Source of the DNA: the human T2T-CHM13v2.0 reference genome, Homo sapiens
Length of the DNA: 64,000 nucleotides
Direction: 5' to 3' (one strand)
Assembly (NCBI RefSeq): GCF_009914755.1
Contig: NC_060945.1
In this document: in pieces, positions 38,131-54,269 of the stretch
How the letters are laid out: every line of letters begins with the position of its first letter
How positions within the stretch are numbered: the stretch's first letter is position 1
Notes under the pieces: generated by a model
Told to the model about the DNA's origin: nothing
Database searches by the model: none
What the model saw: the letters and a program-made list of their open reading frames with translations, nothing else
Made by a program: the position numbers and the translations under genes

Positions 38131-40759
38131 ATAACAGAAGTTGAAAATGAATTTTTCCTTTTCTCTGCATTCCTTCTGCAATATTCCTAAGGTCCTTGGT
38201 GCATGAAAATGCAGCAAAGAAGGCTATTATTACAATCATCTCTGAGGGATGATAGATCCTCTAGCTAATGTGTATTCATAGGGGTAATGTCTCTGATTAA
38301 TCCATCAGCACCATTGTCACACAGGGAAACAGATACCCTGAAGAAGAGGACTAGGATGGGTACTGTTGAAAGAGGGTGGGAAATCTGGCAGGGTATGGCT
38401 TTCTATGGGGCTTCATGAGCCTGCATCTCAGACCCTCTTTGGCAGATTTGAGTCACCAGGAGGGACCCAAGGGCAGGAAGTAGGCTACAGCCAAGAGATG
38501 GGCACCAAGAGGAAACAGGAAACACATGGGACATCCACTTCGTAATTCTGCACCCAGCTCATTCTTCAGCTAAGTACTAAGCTTATTCCCATTTTCTGGC
38601 TCTTAAACCATAACAAGACCTCTTCTGAAATATTCCTGAGGAAAAGGACCTATTTTCTTCTCTAAGGAAAAGCCCCACCAAGTCTCCAGAGTTGATCGCT
38701 TCCAACCCATGTGTCATCTTGTGTTTATGATTTTCCCATCAGTTTTGCTTTAAAAATTAATTTTTAATAATCTCTAAAGAAATGCGTTCACCCTTATCTT
38801 TAAAATATTCAAAGGATCCCCTATCCATTCTGTGCTTTTTTTTTTTTCATGAGCAAATTACATCTGGCCTCTTTCCCGCCTGGGGAATAGGCAGTGATCA
38901 TCTGGGATGGAGACTTGGCTGGTTCTCAGCGCAGTCAAGCGGTGTAGTTTTGTGGTGAGCCCACTGGCCTGGGAATTCTAATAACCCTGGCTTCATGGGT
39001 AATTTGGGGTAAGTTATTCATTCTGTTCTTCATCTGGCTCCTCTGCAAAATGGGGCAAATAATAATATGGCATGATTTCGAAGCCATAACAAGATGATGG
39101 AAATGAAAGTGGTCACCTTCATCTAAACATGAACTTGGGTGCTGCAAAAATGCAGAATGAAATGTTATCATTCTTCAGGGGAGTCATATTTCATGAAGAC
39201 CTCTGTGTTTTAATCACTAACTTAAAAATAAAAGTAAAAGAAGGAAAGGAAAAAAATTAATGATAGCAGCCTGAGATGCATGGGCTACATTCTCTGCTGC
39301 TTAGAGAACAAGAAAATGCATGACACTGTTTTGAAAAGTTAATCACGGAGGGCTTTGAAGGGTTTCATCTAGAACAAGTTGCAGGTAATATTGGAAAAAG
39401 ATTGGAGTCATAGCATCTCCGTGCATTATTGGGGTTTTAAATCCTAAATCACTACATACAGTGCATATTCTGGTTTAGGCTACCCAACTGGATATGTTGG
39501 CCTGGTTTCCTTACCGTAGCGCTCTCTGTTAATAACTAAACATGTTGGAGAAAAAAAAAAAGCAGGGCTTTTTTCAAAGTTGCAAGTCAATGTGCTGTAA
39601 ACATGGGTCTGAGGTTAGGATATTGAATTCCGTGAATAACAACAATCTGTCTTACTCCATTAATCAGAGGTTTACAATCCCTACAGTCTTATGAGCCATA
39701 GGGCCGTCACTGATAATTCTCTGTCAAAGAGAAATGGAATCATCTAGACATGTGCTTAAAGAGGAATTTTTCCCCTTGTTGATTTTATGTAGGAAACGAT
39801 TATTAGAAAATGTTGGCTCCCATGGAGGTTCGGAGACTGTGGGAAGAGACCTCATGGTGGGGATAGTGGAGATGCGAAAGACACGTGGAGCCTTTTGGCA
39901 GACAGGGCTCAGCAAAAAGAGGTCCAGCAATTTGTTGGGCAAGGTCTCTGCGTGGTCTCCTCTGGGACCTATTCCAGAGCAGTGAAACTAATAATCCTCA
40001 AATTCACTCCCTCTCCCCCAGGCGCCATTACACCATATTTGAATTATGTTATCAAAGAGACAGACGTGGATTCAGTTCTGATCCCCCAGACTCTTAAGGA
40101 AACGTGCCCCTTCCCTAATGGGAAAGTGTATTCGATGACCTGAAAGTTCACATGCCTTAAATCTGGCCGCCCTACTCCCCAGTCCTGGGCTGCACCCTCG
40201 TTCTGTGGAGTTCTGAGAAATGCCGAAGATGAGGCAGGTGGCAAATGTGGCTCCCTGAGAGCTAAACCTGACATCAAACCAGGAGCTTGGCTCAGTGTTT
40301 GTCAGCAAAATTAGCCTTTTCTTGCAGTGTTATATAAATTTTCCATAGAAATCTGGCATGTGTCAAGAATATGTGTCAAGAAGGATGCCTGTTTTCCTAA
40401 CTTAGGTGTAATCACCAGGTGCCCTACTTAAATTTATGTGCAAGGGTGCAGGCACCAGAGAAAACTACCAGCTATCGCTAAACCAACAAAAGCCATCAGT
40501 TAGGGATGAAAAGTGTGAAGAGTTGGGATGGAGTTGCCTTCCATTAACACCTCTGATTTGGATCCTTAAGATGACAGAACCACCAGTAAAACCCATTTCC
40601 AGTATCTAGAACAGGTGTGGTTTCGCCCCTGGAGGACAGCCTTGGCTGACACTGAGAGAAGGGGCTGGGATTGAGTCTCTTTGGTGAGCAACCTCCTAGA
40701 TGTAATTCTAGAGTCAATTCCAGGGCGTTTCACCAGAGACCTCAGGTGACGTATATGGC

Positions 40760-41250
40760 TGTGGTTGTAAAATAATTTCCCACCAAAGATGCCCATGCCC
40801 TCGTCTCCAGAACCCATGAGTATGTTATGTTACATGCAAGGGCAGTGAAGGTTGCAGAGGGAATTAAGGTTGCTAACCAGGTGACTTCAGAATAAGGAGA
40901 TTATCAGGTGAGCCCAATGTAGTACCAAGGGTTCTTAAATGTGAAGGAGAGAGGCAGAAAGTCAGACCCAGTGTGATGTGAGTGAGAAAGACTTGACCAC
41001 CTGTTGCTCACTTTGAAGGTGGAGAAAGGGGCCACAAGCCAAGGAATGCAGGTGGCCTTTAGAAGCTGGAAAAGACAAGCAAGTTGATTCCCCCAGGGCC
41101 TCCAGAAAGGAACATAGCCCTGCCAATACCTTGATCACAACCCAGTGAGCCTCATTTCTGACCTCTAGAACCGTAGGATAATAACATTTGTGTAGTTTTA
41201 AGCCACTTGGTTGTGGTCACTTGTTACAGCGGCCACGGGAAGCTAACACA
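40760..41250 (+). mobile_element. MLT1D-like MaLR solo LTR
   Basis: TG...CA; ggaattaaggttgctaaccag, gggccacaagccaaggaatgcaggtggcctttagaagctggaaaa, ttttaagccact...ttgttacagc. Confidence 0.88.
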
Positions 41251-41632
41251 GTTCCTCAATGTTTTCCTCTGATTGACACAAGTTACACAAGCACAAATTT
41301 TGCTGTCCTCAGAATCATTCACCTCATGGCATGTCAGGTTGAGAACAGAGGTTGGCTGCACCCCTCATGTGAATTTGAGGTGCAGGGGGTCAGTTTGTCT
41401 CTCAGCCCAGCCCTTGCTGCTGCTGTGAGAATGGGCATGAGGTCACCATCCTCTCTCCCTGGCTCTGTTGAAAGATTGCTGTCTCAAACACCAGAGCCAT
41501 TGGTCCTTCAGAACCAACCCTGCAATTGTATTGCAGCACTGTGGTTTCCCTTTTTCCCAAATCTTTTTTTTTTTTTAAATATGCAACTCTGCCTTGTTGG
41601 AAAGATTCATAAAGCTTAAGATTTCCTTTCCT

Positions 41633-41795
41633 GGTGTTGTGCTGGTAAACTGGTTCTAAAAGTGGCAGAGTGCTGTATATAGCATTTGCCAATTTCCATC
41701 ATGGCAAATGTCAAGCTACCAGCTTAAGGTTGCTGAATGCGGAGTTGGCAAGAGATGTCCACAGTCTGCACAGGGTGGGCTCCAGCCAACTCTGA
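41633..41795. mobile_element. MER63A-like hAT-Blackjack fossil
   Basis: tgtgctggtaaa...tagcatttgccaatttcc...tcaagctacca...ggagttggcaagagatg. Confidence 0.65.
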
Positions 41796-44029
41796 ACATC
41801 GGGGAGAGGGCCGTTTATGTGCCATGCCCCTGAGCCTTCAGAAAGCCCAGTACCCTGAGAGCAAATTGGCCCCTACCATAAATAGTGCTGTGGAGTCTTC
41901 CAAAGCAGTTGTGCTTTGCTCTACAGCTGGTGCTATAAAAAAGTTCTCTCATCCCCCTTGCCACAGCTGCTCAAGATCCATGGAAATTCAGAAGAGCCAA
42001 GGAGCAGAGTCACAAGCTGTCATAAGTTGATTACAGACATTGGGAACCAGTGGTCAGAGCCAGTTTTAACTCCAGATGGTACTTTCTATAAATCTTTTGT
42101 CCTTTTTACAGTTATTTTTTAGTCTAGTTTGTTTCCAGACATAAGTCTAGTTTGAAAACCATTGAAACTTGAAGCCATCAGTCTTATTTTTTATCATATT
42201 AGCATGTCTAATTTTATATCTATCATACAGAAGGAAGTTAGTAAATCCCACTTCTACCACTGCCTATACCAGGATCTACCTGTTAGTAATTCAGTATGAA
42301 ATACTTAAACCAGTTTGTTGGAGGAATCTTAACACACATATAGGAGATAGCATATGAATGTAATAATATAACCACTAATTTGATGATAACAAGGCATATT
42401 TTATAGGATTGTTAGAAAGATTAAGTGAATTAATATTTGTAAAGCACTCAGTCAACAGTAAGAGTTTGTTAAAGAAATAGAAACCAGTAAATATGACTTC
42501 TTAAAATTGAGAACTTAGATCTCTGACTTAGGAGGAGACTTAGTCAAATATCACCCAGCCCTATGAATGCAAATTTCAGCATCACTAGATCACTTCTCCC
42601 TTCTGGTTTTCACAGAAGCTTTTTTTCTTTTTGGTGACTTCTCAGTCGAACTGGACCCATGCAATGACTCTGTCCTCTGAGTTGAGGCCCTGGGGCCTCA
42701 CGGTCACTGCAGCCCCTCTGCACAAGTGCTTGCTCTTACAATTTATGAGATGCTTCTTGCAGCTGCTCCCTCGGAATGATTTAGATGGCCTTGGCTTGAT
42801 CCCTTCCAAATGTGGGCACCAGCAGGCTGCCATGTGCAAAAGCGTTTTCTTATGTGCACATCAAGACAAAACAGAGAACCAAATCTCCAAAACCTAAATG
42901 AGGTGGCCCATTCACTTCTAGCCCCACTTTCCCTCCAAATTCACCCCAAAGGCCAGGTGAGAGCTCAGCCTCAGCAGGCCCTGATTGCTGGGTTCAGGAC
43001 CATAAATCAGGGGGCTCACGTTGATGGGTGAGGAGGCCGGAAGACATCCGTCTGCCATCGGGAAGAAGGAGGTGCTTGCGGCCACTGGGCTGATTACAAA
43101 CTCGTAAGCTCCTGGGAGTGTCAAGTTTGGGATAAAAGGAAAAGGCAAACATGAAAGATGCTGGAGCTACATTTTCCAGGGCATATCTTCATCCCATCGT
43201 GAATTGATCTGTGGCCCTGGATTGCATCAAGTACGTAATACCTCAAAGTCAGCGAGAAAAGACAGGCTGACATTCAGGACTCACCAACTATTAGGCGGCT
43301 TGGAGGCAGAAGCCTACCCTGCCTCACGTTGGAGCTTTGAGGGCATGCACATTCACATAGATGAACTCAGAGAAGGCTCTTGCCTAGAAATTGAATCCAG
43401 TTTCTTTTTCCTGTATTTGTTTTGCAATCTGCCCTTGGAAGGGAAAGTTGATGTAGAATAGCAATAAATCTCCAAGGCACATCGCTTCAATTAAGAGATA
43501 GAGAAGCCCAGAGGGGCCCAAGAGCTCCAAGGGGAGCCAACCGCAGATTAATGGATGCTGAAGAATGCTGCCTTCCAAGACGGGAACTGGCTGATTTATG
43601 TCTATTCACATATTCTGAAGCCTTTAACTCAGGGGCCTTCCTTAATCACAGCACGATTACATGACCACTTTCATTTAGGGGGCTGGGGGTGAAAGAGTCT
43701 GTTTATTTGATTGAGCTTTAATAACCTAGCTCTTTATTACAATGCTCTTGGTGAAAGCATTTTTGTAAACTGAGAACAGTTTCCATTTAGTGCCCTGGGT
43801 TGCTCTCGTCTCTAGACCCATATACATCCACTTTGGCTGTTCTTCATATGCAAAACATTTGAAACTGTCCAGGCTCCATTCACCTCAAATCCCAGGGGTC
43901 TGAGCAAAATTACCCTGGCCATTTAGTTTATGGAAGGGGGAAGGAGGGAAATCAATGCATTTCCTAGGATAAGCCAAAGTCATTCATTTTTTTTTTCACA
44001 CATTTGTTTCAATCAAAGGGCTTTTATTT

Positions 44030-44330
44030 AGTACCATTTATTTAGTACCTACTATGTGGACGTTTAACCTACTATATGAGATTCACAAATAAAGATGTTT
44101 CCTTTTCTCATGAGCTCACAGTCTAGTAGGGAAGACAGACAAGAAAATCAATAATTATGGAAGAGCAAGAGGTCTAGAGAAAGGCAACCGGGAATGGTTC
44201 GGAGAAGCGCTCTGGGATGAGAGGGCCCTAGAGCTGAATATTAAAGGACAAGTGGGAGGTTACAGAGTGGATGGGGTAAGCCAGCTTGACCAGGCAGAAA
44301 CTTGGTTTACCGAGGAATTGCAGGTCACCT
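44030..44330 (-). mobile_element. L2 fragment
   Basis: catttatttagtacctactatgtg...ctcatgagctcacagtctagtagggaagacagac. Confidence 0.7.
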
Positions 44331-44721
44331 GGGCTGGATGGAGCATGGGTGGTGGAAACGGAGCTGCTAAGGTGGACAAAGGGTTCTACTTGACCTGTGT
44401 GACCTACATGGGATGCCCTGCTCAGAACTTCCTTCAAGAAAGCCTTCCTTGCCCCACTTTAGGGTCCACCTGAGCTTTTGAGCCAAGGTCATGCTGATTT
44501 CAGCATTGCCCCAGCCAACCCCTGAGCAATAAGGAGGCACGAAGTCCCAGCTAGGAAAAAAATGCCACCAGTGCGGCATCTTCTATGGGCAGTCTTTGCT
44601 CTGGAGCCCTCTGTCTTTCCCTAGAGCCCCTGGCATGGGGATGGGGCAGTGGGGGACAGTTCCGACAAAGTAACTGCAAACATGCTTTTGGCTGATGACA
44701 AAGCAAGACGTTAAAAGCCTA

Positions 44722-44880
44722 GGCTGGGCACCATGGCTCAGGCCTGAAGTCACAGTTACTTGGGAGGCTGATGTGGGAGGATCGCTTGAGCCCAGGAGGT
44801 TGAAGCTACAGTGAGCCATGATCATGCCACTGCACTCCAGCCTGGGCCACAGAGTGAGACCCTGTCCCAAGAAAAAAAGA
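44722..44880 (+). mobile_element. FRAM/FAM-type Alu monomer
   Basis: Single arm ggctgggcacc...ggaggatcgcttgagcccaggaggttgaagctacagtgagccatgatc...A-tail. Confidence 0.88.
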
Positions 44881-45279
44881 AGGGAAATATTCATTTTTCT
44901 ACACCCTCTTTCCTCTTCTCACAGACACGCCACATATGCCTTTCATTCCTTTAACAGTTCAGACTGGGGCTGTCAGTATGATGCCACTGAACAGGCCATT
45001 TGTATGGCATTGACTGTCCTTTGAATCCAATAACCCATCAACTTATTTGATTAACCAGTTTGACTTTTTTATTATTCATTTCTGAATTGAGTGGTTCTAC
45101 TGGATTTACTATGCTCTGCTGTCTTATAGCCCTAAAGTTACATGAGTGTGGTAAAGCCATTTCCACCAGTAAACTACAAATAATATGGCATTTACAATAT
45201 AAGGACAGTGAATTATTTTATTTCAAAACCCCCAGATAATGAAGTCAATGTCTTACTCTAAAAATTAGTAAATAGTCTC

Positions 45280-45573
<294 letters not shown>

Positions 45574-45619
45574 TTAAGTAAATAAAGCGAAAGTGTTAGG
45601 CTATATATCAGCATTACAA

Positions 45620-46925
45620 AAGAGGCTTGACTTTGAGGGAACACTCTTCATTCTGAAAAAATATGATCGCTAACTAACAGATGTCAAATGAATTATCAAA
45701 TTAGAAAACCACCATTTTGTAACCTTGAATGAATTAACTGATTCGGTCCAGGATCATTAACGGATGTTACAAGTATTCAGGGAAGAGCTGACGGAGAACC
45801 TAATAACCCGCAGAACCAAGGTCCTGTCTCACAAATCATCTGCTGGTCATGAGGGTGGGAAGATGCCTTTGTAATAGGGAGAGAGAGCCATGGGCAGCCT
45901 CCCAACCCAAGCATCAATCTTGGAATCACTGAGTGTGGGTAGCCTGGCACTGATGTGATACAATACAAAATGTACAACTTCAGCAGTGAAGGCTTCTTGG
46001 CAAAAAGTGTTTAACCTGAATTTAATCTGTGAACGCAAAAGTATCTGAGACAGGTCTCAATCCATTTAGAAAGTTTATTTTGTCAAGTTTAAGGACACAC
46101 CTGTGACAGAGCCTCAGGAGGTCCTGATGACATGTGCCCACGGCGGTCAGGGTACAGCTTGCTCTTACACTTTTTATGGAGACACGAGACATCTATTAAT
46201 ACCAGTAAGACGTACACTGATTTGATCTCAAAAGGTGGGACAACTCCGGGGATGGCTTTCAGGTTATAGGTAGATTTAAAAATTTCCTTATTGGCAATTG
46301 GATGAAAGAGTTATTATTTAAAAACCTGGAATCAATAGAACAGAATGTCTAGGTTATGATGATAAGGGATTGTGGAGACCAAAGTTTGTCATGCAGATGA
46401 AGTCTCCAGGTAGCAGGCTTCAGAGGGAATCAACTGTAAAAAGTTTCTTATCAGACTTAAGGTCTGTGTTGATGCTAATGCTGGTCAGCTTTTCCTGAAT
46501 TCCAAAAGGGAGGAGGGTATGATGAGGCATGTCCGACTCCCTCTTCCCATCATGACCTGAACTAGTTTTTTAGGTTGACTTTGGGATGCCCTTGGCTGAG
46601 AGGAGGGTTCCATTCAGATGGTTGAGGGGTACTTAAACTTTCGTTTTTGGTTTACAAGTCAATCTTAAGATCTAACTTCCAATGTACAGGGAGGAACAAG
46701 GACGGCAAACAAAATGCATGGCTGTAAATGAATGTATTCTTATTTTTTAGAATTATGGACATATATATTATGGACATATATAATAAATTAAAACAAACAA
46801 TAGATTGGCATAAATATAGAAAACTACAAATAATTATTTAATCTGGTTGGTGAGTACATGAGTGTTTCTCATGCTATGTGCTCTTCTCTTCTGTGTGTTT
46901 AAATTTTTTTACAATGTAAAATAAA
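45620..46925 (+). mobile_element. Old L1M 3' fragment split by the MER4A LTR
   Basis: caaaaagtgtttaacctgaatttaatc | aatcttaagatctaacttcca continuity across the LTR; ggtgagtacatgagtgtt...aaattttttacaat 3' end. Confidence 0.55.
46028..46656 (-). mobile_element. MER4A-like (ERV1) solo LTR
   Basis: Minus strand begins tgtaaaccaaaaa...aaccatctgaatggaaccctcctctcagccaagggcat; TG...CA ends; 4-bp TSD aatc/agtc. Confidence 0.88.
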
Positions 46926-46962
46926 AACAGGAGGATGCTGTAAGAAGAATATTTTAAAATGA

Positions 46963-47281
<319 letters not shown>

Positions 47282-48844
47282 TGCATCTCCTTTTTACCAA
47301 ACATTCTAATGACACTGTGTAGAAAGCTGAATGTTCTTGGAGGTTTTGTGATATTACTGGCTTAGATTAGAAACAACTGAAGTTGGAAAAATAAGCCGGT
47401 TAGAGCACAGAAATGCATAGGACATTCCTCCCAACACCCTGCTGCAGTGCATTAATAAAAGTAGTTATGTCATGTGTGGTTAACAGTATGTAAGGTTGTG
47501 CAATGAAGGTGCTTTTAAAACCTGCTCCTACCTCTCTTGTAATGCAGAGCTCATACAATGTCATGTGGAGGTTTGCTAGCTGTTATTTCTATTCTTTGTC
47601 CACATCATGGTCAGTGGTGTTCAGAGTGACTTACGAAATCCCAAGCGAACGTGCCCTTCAATGCTTAGAAACACTCTTACCTTCACATCTAAGGTTGCAA
47701 ACCCCAGGTTTCAGAGCAGTTCTTAGAGTTGGAAGGTTTCCAGTGAGATGAAGGGGGTGGTGCGTGTGAAGGAGTGAACTTCAAACCCACCCATAAACTG
47801 AAAAGATGGACGCTCTTGGAACGTAGCGCCTTTTGCAACTAAGAACATACCGTTACCTCCAAGTGCCCGGATTGATGGAGACAAGCCCTGCCAAATTCCA
47901 TTCTCTCGGCTGGAAATTCCAGGATAGTGCTGGTACCGGTAAGTGACATTTTCTTGGAAAGTCACCAGGGGTTATAAAGTACTTCCCCAACCCCTACGTT
48001 TCTAAGGTATGAAAGGTAAAGGTCAGCATATAGAAAATTTAAATTATCACTAAAAGCATGGCAGTGGATTTAACTAAGAAAAATCCAAAAAGGATAGAGT
48101 TCAACTGAGTCATTGCAAGCCCGTTTCTTAAGGACTCCCTCCCCACTCCGTGAAATAAGATCTAGCAACGGAATTGCCAACTCAAAGTCTCACTGAAACA
48201 CAACAGGCTTTATTTTATAAGTGTGTTCTTTATGATTCTGTAATCTGTAGCGTACAGGGGAACCTTTTTGCAATTTTGGTGCCGATGCTCTCTGGGCTTG
48301 TTATCCAAGGCTTTTACTGCCTGTAGTTTGGTTTGGTTTGTTTTGTTTAGGGGTCGCTATGTAATTCCAGCCCTGGCGTAACCTGAATATGTGCAGGGGG
48401 CTTGTGTGGGTTGTGTGTGTGTGTGAACTGCGCGTGCTCCCCAAACAGGAAGACCCCAAGGGTGTACCATGCAGCCTTCTGTCATGAGAGTAATGTGACC
48501 CTTTGTGCTTGGTGCTCTGGGTGACCTTCCCTCTGCGGAGTCCAGGAGTCCAGGTGTGGGGCTGTTTCTCCAGCCACCAACCTCTACCCTCCACCCAGGT
48601 CTGCATGCTGGCCCAAGATTGAAGAGGAAAACTTGGTCTTTGTAGCACCACACTTAGCCAGCTGACATGAAAGATTTACTGCCATCCCTTAACCCATTAC
48701 ATGGTAATAAATGGAAGTTGGCATCATTTCTTATCAGTCTAAGAATTTTGAACTCTGGCTAAATTCCTTTTTCTATAATCAGAGGGTGTAGAAAATCACA
48801 TTTGTTTTTTAAACGGATGCTTTGGAAGACCCTGGTCAAAATTG

Positions 48845-49035
48845 TGGGCTCTGGAGTCTGAAACTTTGATTTAAACCTTGACTCTACTGCTTATTAACTT
48901 TGGGACCTGACATGTGACTTAAACTAAGCTTTAGTTTCCTTGTTTGTAAAATAGGTCTATTGATGAGATGGTGCATGCAAATTGCTTAGCTCAGTTCCTG
49001 GTATATAGTAGATGCCTCCTAAATAATAGCTATTA
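48845..49035 (+). mobile_element. MIR
   Basis: gggctctggagtctga...ctctactgcttattaactttggga...agtttccttgtttgtaaaatagg...cctggtatatagtagatgc. Confidence 0.75.
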
Positions 49036-49169
49036 CTATTTCCAATCTTGCGCTTCCCTGCTCCCTGCCAAAACTGAAAATGTGATTTACCAAATGACAA
49101 TCGCAGGGTTATTTCAAAACAGTGTCTTCTATGTACGTATAGGAAATACACTGTAAGAATTGGAGGGGA

Positions 49170-49491
<322 letters not shown>

Positions 49492-49809
49492 CTAGGTATT
49501 AAGACTACAGTTACTGCAACTCAAAAAGTATATAGAAAAGGGTGTGAATTATAAGTAGTTACAAAGTTCTGGGGCCCATTTAAGTCTGGGTATTATGTAG
49601 AAGCTTAACCAGGTGGTTGTGAAATTTTGCAATTGATATGAAATATTTATTTCATTAACTTTTCTCTCTATAAATTATCCTCATCAAAACTATCAACACC
49701 ACTACTATAAAACTTTTAGAAGCAAAGACCTATTAATACATGGTGAAAACTACAACACTTCAGTTTCTTAATTTATTTACTATCTAATTAGTCTTAAATT
49801 ATTTATTTT

Positions 49810-50880
49810 ATATCAAGAAAAATCTATGAATCTACAAAACTATCACTAGAATTATGTGGATTTAACAAGGCTATAATATACAAAGTCACTATACAAAACT
49901 CAGTTATATTTCTATATGCCAGTAACAAACACTTTGAAGTGAAATTTCAAAAATCAGTACCATTTACAATGACATTAAAACTTCAAATACCTAGGGATAA
50001 ATCTAATAAAATATGTATAAGACATCTACATAAAAACTATAAGACATTTCTGAGGAAAATGGAAGAGGCCTAAATAAATAAAGGGATATACCATGTTCAT
50101 TGATTGGAAGACTTAATATTGTTAAGATGTCTTAAACTTATTCATTGGTTCTATACAATATATATATAAATTACAGCAAGTTTCTTTTAAAGAAATAAAT
50201 GAGCTGATTCTAAATGATATATGGAAACATGAAGGATCTAGAATATCTGAAATTATTTTGAAAAAACCCCACAGATTTGGAAGACTTAAATAATATGAGT
50301 TCACATATGATAAAGCTACAGTAGTCAAGATAGTAGGGTACTGGCATAAAGACGGACATGCAAATCAACTGAATTAACTAAAGAGTTGCTCAATAGACCA
50401 ACAAACACAGTCAACTGATATTCCACAAAGATGTCAAAGTAATTCAATGGAGAAAGGAAAGTTTTTGTAATAAATTTTGCTAGAACTAGGTATGCCTTAT
50501 TCATACAATGGAATACTATACAGAAATAAAAAACTATAAACTGCAGATACAGCCAACAACACAGATGAATCTCAAATACAACACAGTAAGCAAAAGAAGC
50601 CAAACTCCGAAGAAGGCATAGTTTGATCAATTCATAGAAAATTCAAATAAGACAATACTAATCTATATGTATAAATATCTACATAAATCAGAAAGTGATG
50701 GGGGAGAGGAAATTGACTATCAAGGGCTCAAGGGAACTTTCTGGTGTGTTCAAAAATGTTTTATATCTTGTTTTGATTGGTGGTTACCAAAGTAGATACA
50801 ATTCTGAAAGATTGTTGAACTGAACCCCCGGTAGCTGTGTATTTTATTTATGTTACTTATACCTAAATTAATTTTTTTAA
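49810..50880 (+). mobile_element. Old L1M (L1ME-type) ORF2/3' fragments
   Basis: aaatacctagggataaatctaataaaatatgtataagacatctac, ccatgttcattgattggaagacttaatattgttaagatgtc, acagatgaatctcaaa. Confidence 0.85.
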
Positions 50881-51439
50881 GTAAGAAATAAAAATTCCTT
50901 AGAGGAGGAAATGTGGTAGAATAATTTCCCACCACAGAGAACCATCTTTTCCATTTATCCTAAATGACAAAGCTTTGATTGAATTATTTTACATCCCTGT
51001 TACATTTCTCTAGGATCCAGGCCATGAAAGTCCTTAAAGCTATCAAACCAGTTTCCAATGCTTCCTTCCCTCCACCCCACCCTGTCCCCTGCATCTTTAG
51101 ATACTGGCAGAGATGATTTTAAGAAACAAAATTGCATTTAGCAGTAAAAATCAAACTGAAAAACAGACACACTTGTCTCTCCCTAAGAATAAAAATGGAT
51201 AGAGCCACCTCACTGCATTATCTTCTTAAAGAATTCTCCTCTATTCTCTTTTTATGGAATTGAAGTTTCTACTTTTGCAAATGAATCCTGATTACCAATG
51301 CCGGTCATGCTGTTTGCTGTCTCATCTGCCGTCATGCAGTGTGCAGGACCCCTTGGTTTACTCCTGGCTTCTCTCTTGGTTCTATCGGCTCTAACTTACC
51401 CTGAGGCTTAGGGGTGCCAAACTGTGATACTCAGCAAAT

Positions 51440-51660
51440 GATAGCTAATAACATGAATTGAGCCCTTCCTACATGCCAGGTTCTATCCTATATCATTTAC
51501 TTATATTAGCTGAATTGTATCTCCACAATTCTCCTAAGAGGTAGGACCATCATTATTCCCATTTTACAGATGAGGAAACAGAGGCACAGGAGGGTGAAGT
51601 AACTTCTATCGAGTATGTGTCAGGGTTAGGGTTTTGACTCTAGATAGCTTATCTCAGAAT
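51440..51660 (-). mobile_element. MIR
   Basis: cattattcccattttacagatgaggaaacagaggcacagg. Confidence 0.85.
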
Positions 51661-53111
51661 CCATGTCTTTGTCGCAATGTCATGCAACCTCACTAATGCT
51701 TTAGCCAAAGGGAACAAAAAAAACCACAAGCAAGTGCCACTGCTGTGCACTGTGTCTGATAATGAAGACAGTCTTGGCAATAGGTACAGTGCTCGCATGA
51801 AACATGGACAATGTTTATCAGCATAAGTAGGCACTCACAAATGTAGTTCTGATTTCATAGAAGCTTATGGTGTTGAATTTTATTACATTGCAGCTGTTGA
51901 TGTCATTCCTCTGGATTTATACCTGGTTTCACTGAACTACCTAGAGGAAGAAGCCTTCTTGCTTTTGGGGCATAAATAAGAGCATCACCCGCCTTCCAGG
52001 GAGATGAGCTCATAGACCCTGTATACGACCTCTTTAGAGTTTGTTAATGGAGACTGTAACGACATTTCTGCAGTGACTCCCGAAGACCCTCGCACCATCC
52101 AGAAACGCATTGAATTTTATCTTTTCTTTGGAAATCGATCTTGCTATTAATCTACTTGAAGGCAAAGTCTGTGTAACCCAAAATTATCCCATTTCCATGT
52201 ACTCAGTAATTAAAAACCAACCAACCATCCCCTCTTAACAAAGTGAGGTAAGAATAGAAGTATGTTTTGCTGACATTCTCTCAAGCCCAGATATATAAAC
52301 CTGCCTAGATTCTAGGCAGTCAGGGTCACTTAAAACAAGCTGGTGAACTAATCATTGACACCCAATCTACTCATTACAACACATAGAAGTTTCTCTCTCT
52401 TTCCTTACTTCCATCTTTCTTTCTTTCCTTGAACTCCTTGCCCACCCTACACCTAACTCACCTGCCTGCTCTAATTATTTAACCTTCCATGGTTGGCAGA
52501 AACTCAAGCCTTGAAATAAAACTAAGCCGAGATGTAATTTACAAGTTGTGAGTGCCACTCACCGTGCTGCTGTGTCCTCAGCCAAGTCCAGTGCTATATC
52601 TGAAAGTTCTTCCGGAGCTCCTCTTGAACATCTTACTCCCTCTCTTGGCAGGTGCCTGGCTCGTGACTTCTGCCTGGCTGGGCTGCCTGCCTCTCTCAGC
52701 TTTTCCCAGCTTGCCCTCCCCACCAATCAGACCCCCTGCTTTAGCTGGGCCTCAGGGTGCTCGTCCTTCCTGGACTCCCGGCGGGTGCCCAGCCCGCGCC
52801 TGCATCAGATATCTCTCAGGCCTTCCCCAGATCCCAGGCCTGTGGCACACCTAGTTTCAGCTATCAACACTGCCCTCTCAGTACGTGCCATTCCTACTCT
52901 GTCCACTCTGAAAAGGGACCAGTGTCTCTCTCGGTCTCCACTCACAGAGTCCCTATTCTCTCAACAAAAGGCCAATCAAATACCAAGATGGTTTCACTGA
53001 CGTCTAGCCCAGCTCAAATGACCGGTTTTCTTAGGCCTCATTGTTGCTGGCGACTGCTGGTGCCTCTTGGTGTTCAAATTCAGAAGAAAGCCCGGACTGA
53101 GAGTGGCATTA

Positions 53112-53912
<801 letters not shown>

Positions 53913-54269
53913 TCATTGTTTGTTCTTCCCTGGCAAAGTCTATCTTCTGATTCAAGTTTAATCAACAATATCATATGTACTGGGGCTTCTGGTGTCTCAG
54001 CCTCTGTCCTAAGCACCAGGGCAATTCAGCATGGTGAACCAGGAAGCAAACCAGACTTGGAGATGGGCGGGCTGGGGTTATTTGTTGTTGCTGTTTTTAT
54101 TGAGCCAGGGTTTGAGTCTCAGCTCTGTTACTTACTACTTGTGTAGTCTTGGATGAGCACCACATGCTCTCTGAGTTTTTGTTTTGATTATTAAATTGCG
54201 GTTAGGAATACTGGCAGAATCAAGTAGTAGAAGAGGTGTTAAGTACCTAGCACAGCACTCTTCACTCAC

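Noticed and set aside
40360-40382. Short tandem duplications here (tgtgtcaagaa x2) and near 46753-46782 (ttatggacatatata x2)
   Set aside because: Ordinary slippage duplications with no further structure.
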